From NCBI RefSeq assembly GCF_009914755.1, contig NC_060930.1: a stretch of 64,000 nt of DNA; one strand, given 5' to 3'. Made by a program: the position numbers and the translations under genes. Numbering within the stretch: the stretch's first letter is position 1; every line of letters starts with the position of its first letter. Origin of the DNA: the human T2T-CHM13v2.0 reference genome, Homo sapiens. Of the stretch, positions 1 to 12,100 are shown piece after piece. A model generated the notes under the pieces. It ran no database searches. It had not been told where the DNA came from and saw only the letters and a list, made by a program, of their open reading frames with translations.

Positions 1-85
1 AGTTGCCAAGGTTAGTTTAAAAACTGTCACAGTTGTAGAAATCAAGCATATATAATAGGGAAAGAAATAGACTACAGATTAGATT

Positions 86-372
86 GGCCAGCTTCAGTGG
101 CTCATACCTGTAATCCCAGCACTTTGGGAGGCCTAGGCAGGTGCTTAGCTTGAGCCCAGGAGTTTGAGACCAGCCTGGGCAACATGGACAAATTCCATCT
201 CTACAAAAAATACAACAATTAGTCAGGTGTTGTGGCATGGGCCTGAAATTCCAGCTACTCAGGAGGCTGAGATGGGAGGATCACTTGAGCCCAGAAGGTC
301 AAGCCTGCAGTGAGCCAGGATTGCATCACTGCACTTCAGCCTGGGTGACAGAGAGAGATCCAATTTCAAAAT
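86..372 (+). mobile_element. Alu, old (AluJ-like)
   Basis: Diverged dimer with J-type wording (gcttgagcccaggagtttgagacc; ggatcacttgagccc). Confidence 0.95.
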
Positions 373-373
373 A

Positions 374-404
374 TAGATAGATAGATAGATAGATAGAGAT
401 AGAT
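374..404 (+). repeat. (GATA)n microsatellite at the Alu tail
   Basis: tagatagatagatagatagatagagatagat. Confidence 0.9.
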
Positions 405-639
405 TAGAAGTCAATGAAATGAAAAATTAATAGTAGGTAAATCAGTTGAATACAATAATGCTAATTTTGTTGTGAACACTTACTAATCAATATACTTTAG
501 TGGTTCATATTTTCACAACTGTATAAATTCATCCTTTTTGAACTTTATGGAGCAAAAGTGAGTGTAAAACACATTTGCAAATATTCTTTAAAGTTATTAT
601 TTACCTTTTGCTAATACGAGTAAAGATTTATGAATTTCC

Positions 640-1110
640 ATTCAATGATCACTTATTGAATACCTACAGTATATTGTCCTAAGTCCTGCAGATAGTTGAA
701 TAAAACATTGCCATTCAAGATGTTCACACGCTCTGGGGAAGACTATCAAACACAGCTGTAACAGAAAGCATCAGAGAGTCATAAGAAGAATGATTTTGGG
801 GCAGAGATTATGATTAATAACAATCTGGAACAATTCCTAAAGCTTCACAGAAGATGCGGCATTTGAGTTGGGCCATTAAGGATGGCCCACAGCCTTCCAG
901 GAAGAGCAAAAGGAAATGTGCATTCTGGACAGATGAAGCAGAATGTTTTTTGTGTGGTCTATTTGTGTTAATCTTTTGCTATTTATTGCTAGCCCTATGT
1001 GGCCAAGGGATCCAAACAACCACATTTTATCACCACTTGTACAAGTTCTCATACAAAGGAAGCACTCAGTAAATATTGTTTTTTAATATATGAATGAATG
1101 AACGAATGAA
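640..1110. mobile_element. L2 fragments
   Basis: cattcaatgatcacttattgaatacctac (minus-strand L2 3' end) and gcactcagtaaatatt...tgaatgaatgaa (plus-strand L2 3' end). Confidence 0.55.
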
Positions 1111-1251
1111 CACACAGATCCTTCTTAATATGAGATGATAACTTTCAAATAAAAATTATACCACATTGAGAGTTGTTTTTCTTTACCTGATAACAGCTAT
1201 GCAATTCAAAGGACAATTTAAATTTTCTAAACTCTGAGTAACAATCATCTC

Positions 1252-1564
1252 GGCCGGGCGCGGTGGCTCACGCCTGTAATCCCAGCACTTTGGGAGGCCG
1301 AGGTGGGTGGATCACGAGGTCAGGAGATTGAGACCATCCTGGTTAACACGGTGAAACCCCGTCTCTACTAAAAAAAAAAAAAAAAAAAAAATTAGCTGGG
1401 CGTGCTGGCGGGCGCCTGTAGTCCCAGCTACTCAGGAGACTGAGGCAGGAAAACGGCGTGAACCCGGGAGGCGGAGCTTGCAGTGAGCCGAGATTGTGCC
1501 TACTGCACTCCAGCCTGGGCGACAGAGTTAGACTCCGTCTCCAAAAAAAAAAAAGAAAAAAAAA
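1252..1564 (+). mobile_element. AluY with expanded middle A-tract
   Basis: Y-type ggatcacgaggtcaggagat and cgtgaacccgggaggcggagcttgc; CpGs retained; TSD aatcatctc. Confidence 0.97.
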
Positions 1565-2340
1565 TCATCTCACCAAATTTTAACTCCTGTGGGTTTTAGT
1601 CCTAGCACTCTGCTCTTCTCTTTCTATAATTAATTTCTACACTTTTGTTGGCTTGTTTAAATGCATGAGTTCAAATGTATCACTTCATAAGTTACTCCCT
1701 GATTTACTCCCCTGGATTTGATCAATTGAGTGTATTTACTGTTAATATTGTTTCCCATCTGCCTGTTGGATAAGCCCTTCTTGGTTGAATCACACTCACT
1801 GAATACCTGAATGTCTTAATTTGAACTCATCATGTTCCTTCCAACTTTTCTTGCCAATTCTTCCTTTTCTGGATAATTCCTGGGGTGTATCTGACTCTTT
1901 TTTCTCCCTACCCAAATCAACAATCAACCCTGGCATAAATTCTTTTGACATCTTTCACATTTGTCAGCTTTTAGTCACAAACTAAAACACTTGGCTTATT
2001 ACCCCAAATGGCCTTCATTCATTTTTCTTCAGTCTCACAGACAGTTAATTGTTCTACATCCTTTCTTGACGTAACATAGACACTTTCATGGTCATCCCTC
2101 ATTTACTGATAAAGAAAACTTCTTTTTATAAAATATCATTAATTTATTTCTGATTAGAAAAGAACATGATTTAATTTATAAAATATATAAAATAAGGAAA
2201 ATAAATAAGTAAACTCATACAAGATTTTAACTGTATATCATCTTACAGAAAACATTCATATTTTGTTATGTATGGGATTAACATATATACTTTTAAAAAA
2301 CAAAATTGTGATTCTATTGTATATCGAGTGTATCCAGTTC

Positions 2341-2634
2341 TTTTTTTTTTTTTTGAGACAGAGTTTTGCTCTTGCCCAGGCTGGAGTGCAATGGCGCAAT
2401 CTTGGCTCACCGCAACCTCCACCTCCCAGGTTCAAGCGATTCTCCTGCCTCAGCCTTCCCAAGTAGCTGGGATTACAGGCATGCGCCACCAAGTCCGGCT
2501 AATTTTGTATTTTTAGTAGAGATGGGGTTTCTCCATGTGGGTCAGGCTGGTCTCAAACTCCCGACCTCAGGTGATCCGCCTACCTCGGCCTCCCAAAGTG
2601 CTGGGATTACAGGCGTGAGCCACCGCGCCCGGCC
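2341..2634 (-). mobile_element. AluSp-like
   Basis: Poly-T then reverse Alu; ctcaccgcaacc, ttctccatg, ccgacctcaggtgatc; TSD tccagttcttt. Confidence 0.96.
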
Positions 2635-2714
2635 TCCAGTTCTTTCATTTAACATTTATGAAACATTTGCCATGTCTTATGATTACATATTCTTTAAGAC
2701 TTGCTGAGTTGAAT

Positions 2715-2925
2715 AGCATTACTTTAAGAGTAATACAGAGCAAAGTCTGAATCTCTCCAGTGGGCTTCTTAGCTATGTGATCTTGGGTAAGTTACTGAAT
2801 ATTTTTGAGCTTCAGTTTTGTCATTTGCAAAATTGAGATCTTAATAGTTGTAATGAAGATTTAATGACATAGTGGATACAAAGTATGCCCTGTGCATTAA
2901 TAGCTAGTATAAATGTTAGCTACAA
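2715..2925 (+). mobile_element. MIR
   Basis: MIR core tagctatgtgatcttgggtaagttact...cttcagttttgtcatttgcaaaat. Confidence 0.8.
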
Positions 2926-3134
2926 TTTCTGGTTTCTTATATCTAGATACTATTTCTTCCTATGGCTACATCATACTTTATTGGACTGCACCCCCAGTTA
3001 GACTTATTGCCTGCTAATTCAATCTTAAGCCTTTTGCCTGGCTTTCAGGATTCCTTATAACCTAGCCTGACCTGACTCACAACATTTTTCACAATTTAAA
3101 TTCTCTCCTCTCTGTAACCAATTTCTTTCCAGTT

Positions 3135-3436
3135 GCATGTGTTCAGTATGCTGACTTTCACCTTATCTCCCTTACTAGAGGTTACCTAGTGTTGTTTGTG
3201 TATACAGGAAACATTCCTGGGTAGAGGGGAAAGCTGATTCCATGGGGAACTCAGCAGCTGGGATGTGCCCTCAGAATCAGTCCAAATGAGGGCTCAGTGC
3301 AGGTTCTTTATGCCCTGCAGTAACTCGTAATTGGAAGGTTTCAGTTGAGGGCCATCAACCACCAATAATCAGCTGGGGAAATGAATGGTTCAGTCCTGAA
3401 GGGGGCAGCTGGTGGCACACCACAATGTCCATTACA
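3135..3436 (+). mobile_element. Ancient ERVL-type solo LTR (LTR16/LTR33-like)
   Basis: GC-richer island ending ggcacaccacaatgtccattaca, resembling LTR16/33 3' termini. Confidence 0.45.
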
Positions 3437-3569
3437 ACTGCTTCATAATACTCTCTGTCTTTCATTGTACTTGAATAAGGCTTTTCTCAGTTGTGTTACC
3501 CAGATAGAGCTATATGCTAGATGTCAAGGCTGAAATATTGAGTGGTGATAGATAATGCAATATGTATTG

Positions 3570-4430
3570 CATTAACAGGAAAAGTACTACAGGCGCCAAC
3601 TGAAAGAGCTAATGATGACCCAATCTGGAACAATTTGCAGAGCATAATAAAGTACTATTGGATTATAATCCAAAGTATAAAATATAATATCTATCATGAG
3701 TTCATATCATTATGAATAAATAATTGAATACATAAATAAATGAGAAGAAGAGATAAATCTCTTGTGCAGAAAAATTCCAAATAATTTGAGTAGATACAAC
3801 ATCCTCAAAGAGGTAGAAAATAACTCCTTTCTTCTTAATTGTGGGCTACACATAGTGACTTCTTTCCCAAAAATACAGAGGAAAGCAGCAGGAGACAGAC
3901 TAACTTTTCAGTGGAGAAACCTGACAAACACTATCTCATCAAGGTCAACATCGGTAGTGATGCCATACTGATATTATAGACCCTTGATATGATGTGATGA
4001 AAATGGCACTTTTCCTCTGTGGTCTTCCTCCCAAAATCTCATAGCCACAGTCTAATCATGAGAAAAACACCAGGCAAATCCCAATTGAAAGGCATTCTAC
4101 AAAATATCTGTCAAACTATTAAGGTCATTAAAAACAAGGAAAGTCTAAGAAAATGTCACAGTAAAAAGGAAACATTATGACTACACGTAATGCGGTATCC
4201 TAAATGACACTCTGAAATACCGTAAGGGCGTCAGATAAAAACTAAAGAGATATCAGGTATGGGATTTAGTTGACAATAGCATATCAATGTTAGTTCATTA
4301 ATTGTAATAAATGTACCATACTAATGTAAGATACAAATAATAGGGGAAACTGGGTATGGAACAGTATAAGAACTTTCTGTACTATCTTCAAATTTTTTTT
4401 TGTAAATCAAAACTATTGTAAAAAAATATG
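3570..4430 (+). mobile_element. L1MC/L1MD-type 3' UTR
   Basis: gtggtcttcctcccaaaa...cagtctaatcatgagaaaa...ggcattctacaaaat and aaatgtaccatactaatgtaagat. Confidence 0.8.
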
Positions 4431-4439
4431 TTAAAAAGA

Positions 4440-4998
4440 AATACTATTATCATAGGACCTAGCAATTCCACTTCTGTGTATATATCCAGAAGATTTGAAA
4501 GCAGGGTGTTGAGGGGATATTTGTACACTCATGTTCATAGTAGCATTATTTATAATATTCAAAAGGTGAAAGTAACTCAAGTGTCCATTGATGGATGAAT
4601 ACATAAACAAAATACAATATATACATCAGAGTATTTTTATTTAAGGCTTTATTCAGCCTAAAAAAGGAAAGAAATTCTGGCACTTGCTGCCACATAGATA
4701 AACTTTGAGAACATTATGCTAAGTGAAATGAGCTAGTCACAAAAAGACAAATACTATATGATTCCACTTATAAAACTAGATAGTAAAATTTATAGAAACA
4801 GTAAAATGATGGTTGTCAGGGGTTTTGAAAAGAGAAATGGAGGTGGTAGTTTAATGGGTATGAAATTTCAGTTTTGCAAGACAAAAAAGTTGTGGAGATT
4901 GGTTGTATAACAATATGAATATAATGAGGAATACTGAACTATATGCTTAAAAATGATTATGATACATTTTATATGATTTTAACTATAATTTTTAAAAA
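4440..4998 (+). mobile_element. L1MB-type 3' end
   Basis: gacctagcaattccacttctg...atgttcatagtagcattatt...tatgattccactta. Confidence 0.85.
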
Positions 4999-7584
4999 GC
5001 ACTATTAAAATTACCATTTTCAATCCATCAGCCTGATAAAATCGGTACTGCACGGATATGCTATATCTGTTTCTTTTCAGTTTATGTTCCTCAGTATACT
5101 GTTTGGCTAATTACCCAGTGATCTAAAACAGTAAAGAGGTTAAGTAGGATAATCAGTATCATCCAAAAGTATTTGCAATGAATGCTCATCCAAAAGCCCA
5201 TATAAAAGTTACCTGGAAACCAGCAGATGGGATGCTCATGAGAACTCAGGGGTTGAAGGAGAGGAAAGCATGGATTAGCAGCATTTTTTGTCGTTTTTAT
5301 GTCTAAAATAAAGACTTCCTTGAGCTGAGGCCACAGTGCTAATTATATATTAAGGAATATTTGGTTGATATCTTTTATTTCCTCTTTGGAAACAGAACAA
5401 ACAAACATCCTATTACACACACTCTACATTTCTTTCATTTAAAACTCTACAACACAATGACAGAGAATAGGGACATATTTTCTATTAGTGTCCAGTAATG
5501 TCTGGAGATATTAGCAGAGTTTGAAAAAGATGGCATTAATATCTGTGCCACATATGGCAGTTGAGTTATTTTAATTAAATGGCAGGTTCAGCCAATTGAG
5601 ATTTGTCACTGTTTTGAGCTCCCTTTCCTTTTTCTCACTTTTTTAGATTCAGAATGTCTTTGACATCCAAATATATTACAGTGTAATTCCTTTGGTGCTC
5701 TTTTTTTTGGGAAGCCAAAACAAACTCTTTAGAACATCACATTTCCAAAAGAAAGCTGTAAGACTTAAGAGTGTGATCACAGATACCTCTTGGGTCTCAA
5801 TCTGAATTTAGTGTTAAACAAAGGAAGCAAGTTTATACTTTTGCAGATCTTCAGGGAGCGTAATAACCGTATATTTGGAATTTCATTGTATGTGATCTTC
5901 TTTAAATGTCAGAACAACCTGGAGAGACAGGCAGGATTAATATTATTATGCCATTTGATGAACAAAGGTCTGTCATTCACCTCCAGGAAAGGACATGACT
6001 CCTCAAAATCACCAGCTGATAAATAGATGAGTTGAAACTAGAACTGAGTTCAGTGCTTCTGCCTATATGTTGCAATGCCCTTAGGACATTCTTTTACCAG
6101 TGCATTTGTAAGCTATGTGAGAAGCAAAGGAGAGAGTAATCAAACTATTTGAAAACTAACTTAGAGTGGCTAACATAATGATGTTGACATTTGGGGAAAA
6201 AGATACTTTATTTGAGAATCATAGTGAAATATCTCCACCACGTATAGTTCTTGGGTTTTATACAAATTGGAAGTTCAGTTACTGTCCCAGTGTGAAAGGT
6301 GTGTGGAGGATGGATTCGAAGGGGAATGACTCAGGCAGGGATACTGGTGAGAAATGTCATAACCCCTGGAAGAATGGGTGGAATGGAAGAAGCTATGGCT
6401 GGGGAGAGTTGAACTAGATTTGCCCATGCAAATGGAATTGGAATGAAGAGTGAATTGAAGAACATTAAGAGCCTGGAATAGATAGAATTTGATGGTTTAT
6501 TAGAAAGGAATAGGGAAGAGAAGACAGCAGACAACGTTGATCCTTGAATGCATAATATAAAACTAGACTCTTCCCTGCTCTGAATAACCCTAGTATACAA
6601 GCAGAGGAATGTTGACATTACTGGCCTCACATCTAGAAAAAGAAACAGATGATCTTCATAAAATGAAAGAAACATGGCTCATTCATTTTTAACATCTAAG
6701 CATTTACTATGTGTCTGCTCAAATATGTAGACTGCCTGAGTGAAAGGGCGTCTGGTTAACCCAGTGATCAGCTGTGGCCACCTCCACAGAAGTATATACA
6801 TAAATGAAAATAACTAGGTTGTTTTCCAGCTATTTAAAGCTAATAACTAGTTTTTAAATGGGGACTTTTTTACATATAAATACCTAAAAGAATATGATCT
6901 GCAAAAAATATGCAAGTTGATTGGCTACCTATTCATAGCAAAATGTTAGATTACCTCTAGATGGTGAGGCATTATGCGTAGACTGGATTTTACTGGATTC
7001 ATTTCTCTCCAAAAATTCCAATCACTAGATCTTGTGATTGAGGAAAACAATGTCCTTGCTCCTTGGTATTTAAATTCAAAGATGAACGGTTGCAGGGATA
7101 TATTGCTTTTTAAAGCACACATTTGAGAAAGGCTATCATTCACCTAGTGAATCTATTTTCAATGGAAATTTGAAAATCTAAAAAAAAAATCTTGCTTTCT
7201 TGTTTATTTTACTATTTAGTAAGAATGTCTCTGACTGTTCATGTTACACAGTTTTAGAGCAAAACATGAGAAAGACTGCTCAGAATACAATTGATGTGTT
7301 TGAATGGTGAACAAAATAATACAAAGAAATACATTCCTTATTTATCTGGGTGTATGGAGCTGCTTACTCAAGAAAATTTGTCCTGCTCTTGCTATCAGAG
7401 AAACTGAATAAAACAATTTGGGAAAAGGAATAAAAAAGACAATGAATGTTGTTTTAACAACATGTGACATTTGGTCACTAAGTTAGACTTTTTTGTCTAA
7501 GGAACAACTTGTTCTTTTTTGCAAGAGACAAGCAACTAGAGATGTTTATCTTAATAAATCTGTTCCTGCCTTTGTTTCCTTCAG

Positions 7585-7669
7585 GAGTCATGCTATACTG
7601 AAAAGACACTTCATCAAGATAACTCTGGGAGAAGCAGAAAACCCTGTGCCAGGGACAGGAAAGATAGGA
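7585..7669 (+). other. PKIB: 85-nt non-coding (5'-UTR) exon, probably PKIB
   Basis: Acceptor cctgcctttgtttccttcag| and donor GGA|gtaagtat in unique sequence; exon sequence recalled as part of the PKIB mRNA leader (not database-verified). Confidence 0.8.
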
Positions 7670-8231
7670 GTAAGTATATTTTTGTTCCATTGATCTTGGA
7701 ACATATGGAATAATATATTGAAGATGTTCCTAAAAATATATTTGTTGCTATAAAGCCAGATGACAGCAAAGAAAATGTAAGGTGGGATATCTTCATTTTA
7801 GAAAACAATGTAGTTTAATATAAGATTGATAGAATATATTGTTAATTTCTAATTAATAGCAAACAATACATACTGGGACCTTGAGATACACATTTTCAAC
7901 TCATATCTGCCAGGGATAAGTGAGCTTGGTTTGATATTTCCACTCTTAGCTGTGCCTACTTAAATGGTTCTTATAGAGGCAGCTAGCCCATCAGAATAGT
8001 ATTTTGAAATTTATAGCCTTTAAAATAGAAGAGAAATTCATACTGCCTATCAGGTCTTATAAACTGACTGCTTTTCTTATTACTACTCTCCTCAGAGACC
8101 ATAGTAATAGAATTATAATCAGTACCTACAATTAAATATTCTTGATGACACTAATAGGTGAACATAAACCTCAAGTTAATACTTGTTTGAGAGACAGGTT
8201 TTTGTGTGCTGGTATCTCACAGATATCTGTC

Positions 8232-8232
<1 letters not shown>

Positions 8233-8276
<44 letters not shown>

Positions 8277-8287
8277 CATCTATCTAT
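8233..8287 (+). repeat. (TATC)n tetranucleotide STR
   Basis: About 13 TATC/TCTA units with one variant unit. Confidence 0.97.
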
Positions 8288-8401
8288 GACAGATATCTGT
8301 ATATATTCGTACTTGCCTACACAGTAGTGCATCCTTTGAAAATTGAGGCCACATTCATATTGCAGTCTTATTAGTATTTCATAAAAATATTATCAGTTTG
8401 T

Positions 8402-8688
8402 AACAAGGAACAGAAAACCAAACACTGCATGTTCTCACTCATAAGTAGGGATTAAACAATGAGAACACATGGACATAGGGAGGGGAACATCACACACCGG
8501 GGCCTGTCAGGGAGTGTGGGGCAAGGGGAGGGATAACATTAGGAGAAATACCTAATGTAGATGACGGGTTGATGGGTGCAGCAAACCACCATGGCACGTG
8601 TATACCTATGCAACAAACCTGCACATTCTGCACATGTATCCCAGAACTTAAAGTATAATAAAAATAAATAAATAATAAATAAATAAAT
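8402..8688 (+). mobile_element. L1PA 3' end, 5'-truncated
   Basis: aaaaccaaacactgcatgttctcactcataagt...agaacttaaagtataat + (AAAT)n tail; TSD aaatattatcagtttg / aaatgttatcagcttg. Confidence 0.95.
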
Positions 8689-9069
8689 GTTATCAGCTTG
8701 GTAAAACTTGTATTTGAGGGCACCTGGACCCCTTAGTGCTACATTCTCCTACCCAGAGTGAGAACCTTGCTTCTCCACTGCAGCTTAGATGACAGAGCAA
8801 GAGAACCCAAGGTCAGCTGCAGCCTGAGGGAAGGCTCCAAAGTTCTTCTCCCCCTCTCAGATTCCTACTAGAACACAACTCCTGGGAAGCAGGAAGGAGT
8901 GGAAGACATAACATTTGGTTTAGGCTCATTGCCTGGTCTTCTTAAAACCAGTGTACAACTTTCCCATTAACCCTCTGTGATTTCATTTAACATTGGCAAT
9001 AGGTTCATTCCCATGGCTCATCAGAGCATTTTTACTTTGATGTGAAAATTTAAATTTATGTCAACATGT

Positions 9070-9272
<203 letters not shown>

Positions 9273-9459
9273 TTAATTGAAACCTACTTTTATTATAAAA
9301 TAATTTCACACAAATAATTTTACCCAAACCATTTATATTTCTACATAAACCACTAGAATCTCCATACTAGAACAAAATAAGTAGAATTATAATACGAATT
9401 AATTTTGTACTTAAGGAAAATTAAAACTAACATATAAAATAATTTATTGGGTCTATATT

Positions 9460-9660
9460 GTGGGCTGAGTATACAGTGATTTATAAGCATAATCTTCTTT
9501 AATTCTTACAGTAACTCTATGAGGAAGGTAAGGAAGGCATGGTTATTTCCTGTGATACAAGCATACCTTGCCAAATGCACACATTTAGCAAGTGGGTGGT
9601 GAGTTAAGACTTGAGCCTAATTTTGTCGGAAGCATAAGCCTATGTCCTTGACCAGCTTGA
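9460..9660 (-). mobile_element. MIR
   Basis: tttaattcttacagtaactctatgagg...ccttgccaaa, reverse MIR pattern. Confidence 0.55.
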
Positions 9661-9739
9661 ATAGAAATGTTTGATGGGAGCTAAAACACTACGTTTAAGT
9701 GACTATAGTATCTTATTTTCATCAGCTATTTATAATCAA

Positions 9740-11520
9740 TTACTAGAAATATACACTCTTAAGGAACAAATTATCCCTATATTCTATGAATTCTTTGAAA
9801 GAGAAAACATTTTTCTGATTTATTTAATAAGAAGCACAATACCAAAAAAGTAAAAAAAAAAAAAAACTAAAAAAAGTATCACAAAAAAGAAAATCATAAA
9901 AATTCATTGAAATACTAGCTAAATAATGTAGACATCAATAAAATAGAATACAACACATGGTGTTTATTCTAGGAATGTTAAAGTGGTTTAGTATCAGGAA
10001 ACTTATTAAAGTGATTTCATAGTCTTAGACTGAGGAATAAAACCCCTATTTTAACTTCCAAATAGATTTCAAATGACATTTGATAAAATGCAACTATATT
10101 ACTTTTAAGAAACCACACATACATGTAGCATAGTAATTTAGGAATAGAGAGATGTCATTAAAATATAAAACTTCTGCTTTCTGATTTCAAGAAAGCAGAA
10201 AAACCCTAGTGGCTTACTACATGACCAATTTCATCACTTATAATTAATATCATTTAACAAATTTTAACCAACGCAATAAATGTTTTAAAAGACTAATATT
10301 TTCTTCATTTTTCTTATATATGCTAGGAACTATTCTAAATGCTTTACAAATATTAACTCATTTAATCCTCACAACAACCCTAGGAGATATGGACTACTAT
10401 CATTCTATTTTACAAATTAGGAAGCTGAGGCCAAGAGATGCTAAGTAACAAGGCCAAGGTCATGAAGCTAATAAGTAGCAGAGCTGAATTAAAACTCATG
10501 TGGTTTGATCTATGAGTCTTTAATCATAAATACCATGTTGTGCTGCCTCTCAAAGGTTATAATTATTAGAAAAAATGTTATATTTTTGCTAAAAATATAT
10601 ATTTTACTAAAAATCCCAAGAGAATTAACTGAAGAACCATTAGGGTAATGAACTTTGTTAAGTAACTATACAAAAGATAAATGTGTAAAAATCAGTTGAT
10701 TTTTCTATGACAGCAACAAATAAAAAACATTTAAAAATCTCATCATAACAATTAAATATTATATAGCTATGAATAAACTATTAAAGAAATGTACAAGACT
10801 TAAGAAAATAACATCTATTGAGAAACATAAGATAAACAATTGGCTGTTAAGTATGTTATGCAGAAAGAAAAAATAGCAGTAATGAAGGTTTATATTGTAT
10901 TCTTGGATGAGAATAATAGATGTTGTACACGTTAGCTTCCTCAAATTAATTTATAAAGTTAGTACAATTTCATTTAAAATCCAAAAAAGGATTTGGGAGA
11001 GATCTTGGCAAAATGATTATTAAAATTCATTTGGAAGTATGGACAGTCTGGAAAAGGCATATTTTTGAAAAAAGAAGAAAGTTGAAACTTGCTATTTCCC
11101 AGTATTAAAGCATATTAAAAAGTTACAATTATTAAAATTGTGTGGTACTATTTACTAATACAGAAACTTAGAGAAGCCAAATCAGTTTGAGAATTCCCCA
11201 AACAGATCAAAGCACATGTAAAAGTAATGCATAAGAAAGACCACATTTCATGTTGATGGAGAAAGTAATGACTATTCAAAAAGCACAACAACAATAATTA
11301 GTTAATGTTAGGAAAACATGTAAATTTGGATATTTTATTTATACAATATACAAATACTTGTCAGATTGATAAAAGCAGAACAATGACAGAGACATAACTG
11401 GAGGAAAATAGATTGGCAAATAATTTCATAATCTTGTCTAACATGACATCAAAGGCAAAAATCATAATTGGAGATTGATAGACTTGATTGTAGATATATT
11501 AAAACTTCTATACATATAAA
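9740..11520 (+). mobile_element. Old L1M ORF2-region remnant, interrupted by a MIR
   Basis: A-rich with decayed ORF2 phrases (gacatttgataaaatgcaac; taaaattcatttggaag; aaaattgtgtggtact). Confidence 0.7.
10318..10550 (-). mobile_element. MIR
   Basis: ctcatttaatcctcacaacaaccctagg...attttacaaattaggaagctgaggc. Confidence 0.9.
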
Positions 11521-11778
11521 ACAGAGAAGAGACTCAAATAGCATGAACCTAATAAATGTTTGAAAATTGCTTTTTCTTGATTTTTTGAGGGGAAATGGAA
11601 TTAATGAATCAATAAATTCTGACTAACATTCCAATATATTACTGTTTGATGGCTTAGTAAAGCAGAAATTTTTCTGGGATAGTACTAATTTGCTATTTTA
11701 TCTCCTGAAGGCACACAGCATCACAGAAATTTTTGTGTGAAGAATACATAATATATCTTAGTTAAAAATAAAGATGAA

Positions 11779-12100
11779 GGCCAGGTGCGGTGGCTCATGC
11801 CTGTAATCCCAACACTTTGGGAGGCCGAGGCAGGTGGATCACGAGGTCAGGAGATTGAGACCATCCTGACTAACACACTGAAACCCTATCTCTACTAAAA
11901 ATACAAAAAATTAGCTGGGCGTGGTGGCGGGTGCCTGTAGTCCCACATACTTGGGAGGCTGAGGCAGGAGAATGGCCTGAACCCAGGAGACGGAGCTTGC
12001 AGTGAGCAGAGATCACGTCACTGCATCCAGCCTGGGTGACAGAGCAAGACTCCGTCTCAAAAAAAAAAAAAATCATAATAATTAATAAATAAATAAATAA
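11779..12100 (+). mobile_element. AluY/Sc-like
   Basis: Full dimer; TSD aaataaagatgaa. Confidence 0.96.

Noticed and set aside
7493-7693. 66-aa ORF over the 85-nt exon
   Set aside because: Starts at TTG in the intron and reads through both splice sites; not a CDS.
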